Positions 13,046 through 24,332 of a stretch of DNA of 64,000 bases are shown one piece after another. Below the pieces are notes generated by a model, which saw nothing but the letters and a program-made list of their open reading frames with translations, was not told where the DNA came from and made no database searches. Source of the DNA: Bigelowiella natans CCMP2755. Lineage: Eukaryota; Protista; Cercozoa. The stretch spans positions 1 through 64,000 of the forward strand of contig ADNK01002454.1 in NCBI GenBank assembly GCA_000320545.1, read 5' to 3'. Made by a program: the position numbers and the translations under genes. Every line of letters begins with the position of its first letter. Position 1 is the first letter of the stretch.

Positions 13046-16000
13046 ATATATATTCGTTTATAAACCAAAACGTACATTTACCCAGAATTTTGTTTCGGTT
13101 TCACAGTTAGGAGCGAAACCGACGAAAGATCCTACCAAATATCCTACCCATTTGCCATCACGGTTTCCAACACCAACAGCAGCCACTGCATCACCAGAAA
13201 GTTTGTTCTATAACAACGTACCAACTGAATCACCAGAAAGTTTGTTCTATAACAACGTACCCACTGCATCACCAGAAAGTTTGTTCTATAACAACGTACC
13301 TACTGCATCACCAGAAAGTTTGTTCTATAATAACGTACCCACTGCATCACCAGAAAGTTTGTTCTATAATAACGTACCCACTGCATCACCAGAAAGTTTG
13401 TTCTATAATAATGTACCCACTGCATCACCAGAAAGTTTGTTCTATAATAACGTACCCACTGCATCACCAGAAAGTTTGTTCTATAACAACGTACCCACTG
13501 CATCACCAGAAAGTTTGTTCTATAACAACGTACCCACTGAATCACCAGAAAGTTTGTTCTATAATAACGTACCCACTGCATCACCAGAAAGTTTGTTCTA
13601 TAATAACGTACCCACTGCATCACCAGAAAGTTTGTTCTATAATAATGTACCCACTGCATCACCAGAAAGTTTGTTCTATAATAATGTACCCACTGCATCA
13701 CCAGAAAGTTTGTTCTATAATAATGTACCCACAGATGTTCCAACTATTGCTTCCACAAACTTTAGTACTCAATCTCCAACTCAACAGCAAGCACACAATT
13801 ATACAACAAGTGTTCCAACTATTGCTTTCACAAACTTTAGTACTCAATCTCCAACTCAACAGCAAGCACACAATCATACAACAAATGTTCCAACTATTGC
13901 TTCAACAAACTTTAGTACTCAATCTCCAACCCAACAGCAACCACACAATCATACAACAAGTGTTCCAACTATTGCTTTCACAAACTTTAGTACTCAATCT
14001 CCAACTGAACAGCAAGCACACAATTATACAACAATTGTCCCAACTATTGCTTCGAAAAAAGACAGTACTGAATCTCCAACTAAACAGCAACAACACAATC
14101 ATACAACAAGCGTTCCTTCTTTGGTTCCTACAATCTTATCTACCCTCTCTCCTACTACAATATTGCTACCGACAGGCTATCCAATCGCCAGCCCATCTGT
14201 GTGTCCCTCATTATTCTCTATTCCGACGAATTCACCCCTTACGTCACTACCTACAACATCGCACCCATCGTTATCACCGTCAACTAGCCCAAGCTTCCTT
14301 GCTCCTTCTAGGTGTCCGATAACTGAAGCACCCGCAACTTGTATACCAACGACACTCCATCCAACCTTTCTACCGTCTCAATCTCCGGCTACCCAGTCCC
14401 CTCTCTCTCGAAGCCCTTTGACAAGAGCTCCATTCACATTCTCACCCTCGAGCAAATCACCAACAACCTCTACCCCCACATCAGGAGTGCCGACGCAAGT
14501 ACCAAGTACAAGAGTACCTTCGTCAGTCGCTCCTTCCAGTACCCCCCACACAGGCAAACCGACAACAAGGGCTCCTAGCAGCAGTCCGATCACCTCTGCC
14601 CCGACAACTGTAGCTCCAACCGCTGTAAATCTTGCAGCACTAAGATCCACCTGGGAGTCTTCCTTTACCGGTAGTTAGCATCATCATTACACACACACAC
14701 ACACACGCACACACACATCAGATCGATAGAAGAAGAATGTCTTCAGATCGTCGGTAGCGGTGGTGTTTCTCAATTAAATTTTGGTGTTTTGAACAAGCCC
14801 CAACCAGTGTGACTGTTTTTTTTTATGATACGAAGTAAAGGTTGTGAGGATACTGTTTTGCCTTTTGAATATGGTATGGATCAGCTTTTACGGTCGAGTA
14901 CTCTCTCCCAACAGATACACAACAGCACTCTTGCTTGGAGTATTTCCTAGATGAGGATGATGGAGGCTCTGTTAGTGATAAGCTAGGTCTCCAACCTAAT
15001 TGCCACTGGCTGTCTCAAACTACTTTAAAGGTTACGCTTGGAAAGGGGTTCAGCCTAGAATTGGAATCGACTATTAAGGTTACCTGTCTAATCAATACTC
15101 TATCAGCAATTTTGAAGTGCATCCGTTTCTTTCTTGCTGCTGCTATGGGTGTAGCCTTCTCTTTGACACGATGGCGATCTGATCATCTTCGTTCAACATG
15201 AGTTTCACATTGGCTCAGACAGAAACAACCTTTTTCATACTTTAGTTGCGAGGAGGAGTTGTCCACGACTTAAGCGGCAGGAAGGTCGCTGCCGTAGTTA
15301 CATTGCTTGTACAGCACAGTGCAGTGCCTATTTTGCGTCCAGACGCAGTGCTTTGGGGTCCTCAAGGAGCTGCACCGTGCGAAACATTGCAGCTTACTAC
15401 TGATGGGAGTTCTGGAAGTGCTGGAAAACCACTGAATATCTCCTGGACCCTCATACAATCCCCTGCTAATGGGGAGGAGGCTAAACTCAATGCGCTACGT
15501 GTGATTCTAGATTCTGCAACGCAGGGAAATTCTAAGAGCATTACATTTGAGGTAGACTAGACCGTGCTCAAAAAGACGCATATTATATATAGATACGAAT
15601 ATTATATAAAATAATGGCGTAAACGAGCACGATGTGGAGGATCGTTGTCATGATAGTCGTAGCTAGCTTTCTTGCGACTGTTGTTTAGTCCTAGCTGCCC
15701 AATCCATGCTTCCAAAATACCGCTCATTTTCCAACTGTTGTTTTGTGCGCCTGTAAGTCCGATCTTTTGGCTGGAGGGCTGCATGTGTTCTTTGTTCAAA
15801 TACGAAATTGGGTGGGAGGAATCTCAGATGCAAGATGGCAAATTACAAAGTCCAACGCTGCTGCTCCAGTGGTTACAATTCCAGGGCAAACATCGATGGT
15901 AGAAGACCTGCCTCGTCCACGATTTACATCAAACATAAAGACACAAAGTGCATAATTAACTCATAGAGAAGAGGCTCTCGTTCGGCCTCTTTATAAGTGA

Positions 16001-18932
16001 ATATTTCACAATTTTATTGTAAAATGAACAGCTGATGCCCATATGCAGTATCATAATTTTGGGAGGAATATGCGGATTCTCAAACCTAACATGTCCTGCC
16101 TGCTTGTGCTATCACCGTATTTTCCAACAACAGAGTATTGCACGATCGGAAGTGCTTGCAATTCGTACGATAGTATCTCCTCCAGCATGTAATGCTACCA
16201 GCCTTCTAGACACCGAATACACGAGTGAGGCGTTTTGGTCCCAAATCATCCCGTCATCAGCGTCAAATAGCAATGGCTACAATGCCATTGTAATGAACGG
16301 GTAAAAGCACTTTGAATAATCAAAAGACGTCAGCCATATGAAGAGTCTTTGCAGATTTCAAATACTTCGATTTTTTTTAGTATAAGTTGTGTTTGTACGT
16401 GCTAGTACGTGTGTAATAGAGAGGAAATATGACAGAGGGGGGGGAAGGGTGATGGACAAGATGAGAAACAATTCACTCATTTCTCGAATTTCGCACTTTA
16501 GATCGTCTTTTTCGGATGACTCTATAAGCATTCCTAAGCCGCAGAATAGCTATCTTTTGCTCCCTGCTAATATACTTCGTATGGGAGAAACGTAAGGAGG
16601 CAGTACTAACTCCTAAGGATAGACATTCTTATTTTGAGATAGAGCGTGAATAAAATGTAATCAAGATAGGAATAGATGCACACATATATTTATTCGCTTT
16701 CCCTACACATAACCTTTATAAATACTGTTCCCGTTAGGCTTGGTGTAGCTGGTGTGCATGTTTATACATATGCGCGCAAAATAGTACAAGCAGCACACAC
16801 TTTTCCACGATACGATGTGTCTTACATTTCAAACTATTAGGTATGGTTTCAACCTACGGTCGAGAGCGCTTTATCAGGGCCACGTAGTCGGGGAGAGCAA
16901 CACGGTGTTTCAAGTTAGAGTCCGTGTAGAACCTGTCCAGGCCGTGATTTCTGGTGGAAGTGCTGTCACTGTGATCGTTAGAAACGGCCTTGAGTCCTCA
17001 TTTGACGCATCGTTGTCCACTGACCCCTCCAATTCAGCATTCCCGCTCGCTTTTGAGTGGACTATGGTTGATGCTGGTGGGAACTCTGTGCCTATCACCA
17101 GCCATCTAGCATCGGTCTCGTCTCCAACAAACTCCTCTATTCTAAAACTCCAGACAGGGGATTTGCAGCCTGGTTCCAAATATAAGTTGTGGGTAAAGGT
17201 TACCGGCCAAACTATCAACGGAACAGCTCGATTTAGTAGTGCTTCCCAGGAGATCTACACTTCCCAAGCCAATGTGCCCCTAGTGCGCGCCTACATTTCT
17301 TCGTCTAGTACAGAAGGAGCGAGTGGTGAAAAGAAGTTCAATATTAACAAAAAGCTAAATCTTCTCGCTGAGGTAGTAAGTAAGTATGCTTTCATCAGTA
17401 TTCTTAATTCAACGAGTGGAGAAGCAAGTTCTTCTCATATATTCAAGTCAAAATTCGATTTCCGTTTTATTATTTGCCGCGGCCTAATTCGTGCTGCCAT
17501 GATTGCTTTTAGGTATCAAATTATCGTGTATCTGAAGTAAGGTTCTCTTGGTCTTGTGCTAGTTTCAATCTCAACGTTTCTAATCCGAACAATCTTCGTA
17601 GTGGTACAGACAGTCAATATTTCGTCGTAGCAGCCAATGCTCTACTTGCCGGAGCGGCATATCAGTTTCGCGTTGAAACGCAGGAGATTTATGGAGGTTC
17701 TAGTAGCTTTGCTCTCGTAGATGTGACAACCAATGGTCCCCCCATCCTTGGGAATTGTAGCGCTCTGCCAAACCAAGGATTGGCACTTTCCACGGTGTTC
17801 CAGTTGCAGTGCCGTGAGTGGGTTGACGATGACGTGCCGCTTTCTTTCAAATTCTCCAACAGGTATGATGATATATGTCACACTGTCAACCTGCCCTGCT
17901 CTGCATCTATACGGGCTCTGCAGTTGTTCAAATTGCCTACAGATTTTGTTTGGAAACAATATATTATTCCTAAAAGAGACAGGACTCGTAAAGAAACAGC
18001 GTTTTCAATTGTTTCTCTTGCAGGTTGAGCAGTGGGGCGTGGGCTGTGGTCTCAGAGTTCCAAAGCAAGAGCTTCTTCAATACGCTTCTACCAGCTGGTA
18101 GCGGGGCTGGTGATGTAATGCCTCTTAGAGCCTCCATTCGTGACGTTCTTGGTGCGCAAACGTACTATGACTTCCAGGTTAAACACTACTTCACAACCTA
18201 AAATTGATTGATAAAAATGAGATTCTCCCACTTTATACGTGTTTTGTTTCCATTTTCTTCCTATTCACCGCTGCTGTTACATCTCCTTTTCTGATCTGTA
18301 AATCTCTCCTAAATTCAGGCGGTTGTGGAGACAGAGGTCATTGATACATCAGTTTTGACGACAAGCATTGACCAACGAGTTGCAGAGGGAGATACGCAGG
18401 TTTTGTATTCATTGTCTTATGTTCATGTGGTAAAATATGAATCAATTCGATTGAATGTTCCTTTTGTAAGTGTCTACCGCACACTCCCAACGCAAGATCG
18501 TCTTTGCACAGCGCGTTTAATTGTTTCCCTTGTGAATTTGTATTGGTAAGTACCTTCATTTCCTCTTTTTCTTCCTTTTTCCCCCCGTAGACGGCGTCGT
18601 TGTTAGTACAGGGCATGGCCACTTACCTTCGCAGCTCATCTGCTGAAAACATCAACAACACGGAGAAAGCTTCTAGCATCGAACGTCTTTTGGAGCAAAC
18701 TACCAGCCTCTCAGAAGTTTCTTCTACTTCAGCAGAGGTAGGGTAGTGGTGGTAGTCTATTTTTAATGCATCATAAAGTGCTGGTTGCCTATTTTGAATG
18801 GATGATAAAGTACTGGTGTGCTGTTAGGATCATCTACAGCATTTATAGCATTTATATCTACTACTGCATGCCTCTTTTATGAAATATAGAAAGATTTTGG
18901 GAAGTTAAATTATACAAACGCTACATACACAC

Positions 18933-18971
<39 letters not shown>

Positions 18972-18976
18972 ATGTA

Positions 18977-19022
<46 letters not shown>

Positions 19023-22000
19023 AATATATATTCATATTGTATATATTATCTAGAATAAGAAATTGATTTTTTTCCTCTACTCCTGCCCTTATATTATGTT
19101 TTAAACACAGTCTTCCGAAAACACAGCGTCGCTTTGCAGTGCGGCCACTGATTTCAATTCTCCTGATGAAATTAATGCGAACACCCGCAACTTGGCAGCA
19201 AATCTCGTGGAAAACCTCCTCAACTCATCAGTCGGATTGTCTAGTGATGCAATAAAATCTTCAATGAGCTGCATGAGTAACACGTTAGATTCCTTGGTAT
19301 TGGGGAGCAATACAGAATCAGACGATAGTGGAAGGTAGTTAACTCTTAGCATTTCCCAAGGCCAAAATCGAGAATATCAATGATCATTTCCGCACATTTC
19401 TCTTTTTCATATATTAGAGACTTCTATACTCTCTGATCTCTCCCTAAATAATCCTTCTGTCCCCTTTTCTCAATTATATCTTCGCTTCGTCATAGTGTAG
19501 TAATAAGTGTATATAACTTTATCATCACGTATACACTCATCGGTCTTATTGCAGTGATTATGTTACATATTTTGGCTGTTCCTCGATAATGAACAGCTAC
19601 ACCGAAGAACTCGAAAAGGTGCGAGAGAAAACAAGACAAACAACACTAAAGCTAAGTGAGCAGATGCTTCAGGACTCTCTTCCAGGGGAAGAACCTGTTG
19701 AGGTGTCACTTCCTCGTCTATCACTTGTTGCTGCGAAAACGACTATTGCCGATGCCAAAGGAACCCAACTGAGGAGCACGGCTGGGGTGTCAATCACACT
19801 TCCAGATCTTACCACTACTACTTCGTCGTCATCATCATCATCCTCAACCGAGGACACTATCATCAACACATTGGAATTCAAACCGGGATATGCAGCACCA
19901 TACCCAGGGAACACGGCGAATATCTCCGGTGTTCTTTCCTTAGACATCAAGAAGAATGGAAGGATACTAAATGTTAAGGATGTAGCATATTTCCCAATGT
20001 ACTTCCCACAGAAGCTAACCGATCTTTCAGTAGATCCCAATGCCGTGCCGATATGCCAGTTTTGGAACACAACTCTTGGCAATTGGTCAAGCTCTGGATT
20101 GCGTCCGGCTACGGACTCTTCATTAGGAAACGTTGGATGCGAAACTACTCACCTTACTTCATTCAGCTTTCGTATCGGTTTCGAATTCAACACCTTTGGG
20201 GAGAAGGATATTAACGCAGAGGCCTTTGAATTGCAGCAGCCGATTATGGCATTCCTCTTCGCGGTCCCTAATGCTGAATTACTTTATGTTATGTTTGTGT
20301 CATTTCTAAGTTTGAGACATAACGAAGTTAATATTATCTTCCATATTCGGGGAATCCATCAGGCACCACCACCAATTGACTGTTTGCTCTATTGAACATC
20401 TGCCAGGTTTTTGGGATTTATGTCATCGGTTCATTTTGGGCTTGCAAAAAGGATTTGGAGGACGCGCATGACATGCCTGAATTCCATTCTGAGCTGTTTT
20501 GGCGGAAACGTAACAAATTAGTCTATGATACGATGTGGAAGGTTTGTTTGGAAACAACAAACACTCACTCACGTTCGAATAGATATATCCAAATGCGGGA
20601 TATAGTAGAGTCTTCTTTATCAACTTTACATACGTCTTCTTCTTCGTACCAAATCACTCATTCTCTTCTTTAGGTTCGATCCTTTCGGATTCTGAAAGAG
20701 CGTTTCAGGTTTATCCTCTCCGTACGCCATCCGTGGAGCTCTGTATTTTCTCGTGAGAAAGGCGACTATCTCAATAGTTTCAAGAGATTCACGATATTGA
20801 CGACACTGATATTCAACTCAACGGCTATTTGCTCGCTACTGGAGGGAACCAAACAACAAATTCCTCTATTACCAAGCTCTGTAGCCGTTGCAGTTGTTGC
20901 AATGATTTTAACCCTCCCGGTGATGCAAGACACACATTTTGAAAATAAAACAGTGTCAGAGAATGGAGCAGAAAAATAAATTTCCACATTCTTATAAAAA
21001 CGCTTTTATTCTGCTTTGACTACACAGGTTCCTATATTGATGAACAAACTGTTCTCGCGACCGGTTCCGCCAGAATTCTCAGTCCAGATTGAAAAACCTG
21101 ACTATAACTGTGTCTTTCTTCTCTTTCTCGCCCTCATTGCCGCGCTTCTTGGAGACGAAATCGGTCTGATACTTAAGCTAACGAATGACTACTACTGCTA
21201 GTTGTTATTGCATGACGCTGCGTCAGCGAACCACAAAATTCAGAGCTGATATGATTACACTTATTACTTTAGATCTGGGAGGTGGTCAACGCGGAAGCTC
21301 TGGCGGGAATGGTGAAAATACAGATGGTTTTGAAGAAGAAGTGGAAGAGATAGAAGATGATAATGAAGACGATAATCATAACCCTTTCGCACGGCAGTCA
21401 TCTGAGGTTGCTATTGGGCTTGGTCTTATGACTGGTGGCGTCGTTGCTATGAAAGATGATCGAAAAGAAACAAAAGAACAACCAAACCAACCTCGAGATC
21501 AACAAAAAATCCATGATAATAAGACAAGTAGAAATCTTATAATACGGCAGAATGGCCTGGTGAGAAGACACAGTGGTCTTGATCTTTCCAGTTGTCTCGC
21601 CTCAGAAGGATGGATAGTGGCAATGGAAGTGGAAGAACAAGAAGAAAATGATGATAATGATTATGACAACAAGGACCATGATAAGAAACATAAAACCCCG
21701 CTTGACACATATTCACAACGTAGTGTTAAAGGAAAAGTAACCACTGGAGCTAGAAGTGCCGACTATAGCAACTATAATCGACGTATGCGAATAAGGCACA
21801 AAAGACCTCTCTGTTGTGGCATTTTCTACCCTGGACCTTACGTCTACAATCAGGAGTATGTCACAACTGACATTGCAGGGATTTTATTTGCTATCCTCGT
21901 GATCTTTGGCTGCTGGTTCATCACCGCAGTGTTGGCTTTTAGAGCCGGCAACAAAACGGCCGCCTGGGTGATTTCAGAAATTCTCTGTTTGATTCAGGAC

Positions 22001-23146
22001 GTCGTCTCGCGTTTTGTTGTGTCTGGAATGCTAGAGATGTTTGTATTTGCACCCTTTGTGATCGTATTCTGCGCATGCATCTTTTGCTATACTGATCCTG
22101 CGACAGAGGAAGAAGAAGCAGTACCTCGGGTCAACACCATCATCCAATATATATCATACAATTAAAACCAAAATCTACATCCGTACACACATAAACAGAG
22201 ATACTGCACATCTGCAGAGTTAGAAGAATACCAATGATTGGTGGGTTTGGATAGACACCTCACATGCCATGCTTCATATCATGTAATCGAATAAGTGAAT
22301 GACTGTCTTCAATCAAACTAAAATGCCGCAATAAATGATTAGGGGGATCCTCGAAAAGCTGTTGGTTTTACGCGTAAGTTTGAAGTAGGGCGTCTAGGAT
22401 TTTCATTCCAGAATTTGAAGGTGTGCAACGTTGTGAAGGGATCTCAGGCTGATCGAGTTTTAGCTCCAGGCATGGAGATTCTCATGGTAAATTATAAACC
22501 GGTAAACAGCGATAGGGAAATCTACACCGAACTCCAGAGTGGACACCGTATTGGATCTCACATCGTAGTTAGCTTCGATCGATCTGGCCGTTGCCAACGA
22601 AGGTTGTCGATGAAAACAATTCCTCAGTTGCGGAGTACGAGCGGAAAGTTTTTGAGAACGAAATTACCTGAAACCGTACTCGAATCTTCGTTTGTTCTTG
22701 ATTCCGAAGCCAATAAGAATAGAAGCAGCGATATTCTAAAACCGTCTTCTGTACTTTCGCGAACAACTACCAATCTCAGCCGTCAAAACCGCGGACACCG
22801 TGATTCGAGACTCAACTCTTCTTCTCCACGCTTATTAGATCGTGCGTCTGAGCTAGAGTTGCAGCAAATTGACTCCATTCCCACAATGGGAAAGATAACA
22901 CAACTAGACAACGTAGAGGAGGAAGATGAAAAGAAGAGGAAGAAAGTGATGTTCAAATTTAAGGAGGCTACGGAAGGGAAAGCTCGCATATTTCTCACTT
23001 CATCGACGACAAGTGGAGTCATCCGTGAGAGTGTGTCATCGGAGCATAAAATTCACGCAATGCGTAGCAGTGTGCTATCGGAACATCAATTATATGCCAG
23101 CATGGGGAAAGGAAATCGGAAAAGTCGCTTTAGAACCAAGGTCTGA
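12083..23146 (+). CDS. Polycystin-1/PKDREJ-like cell-surface protein: signal peptide, LamG/ConA-like domain, Pro/Thr mucin repeats, REJ/PKD region, GAIN-GPS, ~5-6 TM helices, PDZ domain
   Basis: MRYLILPVALCVIWGTRAS signal peptide. LamG-like RIFDF..HLIFT..LYLNG..LYLGKS..LNGAIREIAFW (12083-12750). PT-rich exon 13111-14670. REJ-type AVISGG..FDASLSTDP..FEWT and TTNGPP.LG.CSALP.QG.AL.T.F.L.C..W.DDD.PL (~16840-17860). GPS CQFWNTTLGNWSSSG..CETTHLTSF (~20050-20170). PKD1-like HPWSSVFSREKGDYLNSFKRFT. PDZ LGFSF..VCNVVKGSQAD..GMEILMVN (~22350-22580). Stop 23144-23146. Confidence 0.8.
13185..13731 (+). repeat. Coding minisatellite, 39 bp x14 (TASPESLFYNNVP)
   Basis: Unit ACTGCATCACCAGAAAGTTTGTTCTATAAYAAYGTACCC repeated head-to-tail with only rare substitutions (GCA/GAA, C/T). 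Confidence 0.97.
13737..14115 (+). repeat. Coding minisatellite, 75 bp x~5 (VPTIASTNFSTQSPTQQQAHNYTTS)
   Basis: GTTCCAACTATTGCTT..AAACTTTAGTACTCAATCTCCAAC..CACAATYATACAAC units. Most carry the N-glycosylation sequons NFS and NYT/NHT. Confidence 0.93.
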
Positions 23147-23149
23147 TCT

Positions 23150-23960
23150 GAATTGCCTCGATGTTAGCTAGCTAGAATGGCAAAGTGAATGGAATCACAT
23201 GCATTGGAACAGAGACGCATCTAGACGTGCTAGCGTGCGCGATAGCTAAAACAGTCTTCCCTGTGAGCTAGCTAGCTAGTGAGTTTGGGGAGACAGAATC
23301 CTCATCATGTGTAGACATGTACAAACATGTCAGCACAGCTAGATGGAGCATTCTAGCATTTGCCGACCCCCGATAAAGAATTTCTAGCACTGCTAGACTG
23401 CTAGAATTGCTAGATCTAGAGATTGGAGCAATTAGCAATGCTAGAATGTGAAATCTTGACATGACAGCATGCTAGCATGTTCTAGTATTGGCTAGCTAGC
23501 TAGCTCGAGCACACTAGCTAGCTAGCACATCTAGTGTCAGGATGTGGCAGCGCGTGATCAATCGATCTGCTAGCGATCTCATGACGATCGATCTCCATGC
23601 TAGCATGTGCAAGCTAGCAAGAGATAGCTAGATAGATCGAGAGGCACGCTAGCTAGCTAGTACGCTTAGCTAGTTAGACGCATTGCTAGATTGATTGCAC
23701 ATTCTTGATGTACTAAGCTAGCAAGCAAACTCTAGAGCTGAGTAGCTAGACATAATTCTGTATCTAGGCATGCGAATGGCTAGATTGCACAATCGCATCT
23801 GACATACGCATGCTAGCATGCTAGCATGATGCTCTAAGTCCTAGCGTTTTCGCATTTTTGCCACAGCATTGCTAGACTGCGCAACATGAGCAACTATGTA
23901 TTAATGTGTGTGCTTTTGCCGCAATCTAGCAAGGCCATGCAAGCATATAATTGTAAAGCA
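23150..23960. repeat. GCTAGC/GCATGC-rich spacer between convergent polycystin-like and kinesin genes
   Basis: Dozens of CTAG, (GCTA)n runs, and CATGCTAGCATG at ~23469, ~23596 and ~23809. Confidence 0.9.
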
Positions 23961-24332
23961 ATTCGAATGAAAACTGTCCTGTGGTAATTTTATGCAATCC
24001 ACAATATGCTGAGAAAAACGTATCAATGTCATGCTCTTCTTAACTTTGTCGTCAGGATGCTGAGAGTGCATCGATAATCTCTAGATCCACAAGGCTATTC
24101 AGTTCGGATTACAATTCTACTTGTGCATGATTATGACGAAGCATGATTTGCTTTGTCATTTGCAGTCATTGTAAGCTCCATCGTCATTCTTAACTTGACA
24201 TTGTGAGACGCGAGGTGAGGGAACAGTAGATGAAACTGCAAACGCATTGTTCAGATCTGTCTGTATTCCACGATGGCAAATGTGAACAACATGAAGAAAC
24301 AGCAAATACATGAAAATCAATAATTGCATTAT

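Noticed and set aside
13185-13731. 39-bp repeat array as a CRISPR array
   Set aside because: The units are contiguous with no unique spacers, lie in frame within a eukaryotic exon, and no cas genes are present.
13300-14322. Overlapping ORFs 13300..13743(-) and 13411..14322(+)
   Set aside because: Alternate-frame shadows of the stop-free coding tandem repeat.
23150-23960. GCTAGC blocks as MITEs or telomeric/centromeric satellite
   Set aside because: No terminal inverted repeats, target-site duplications or fixed tandem unit could be identified by eye. Kept only as an unexplained spacer family.
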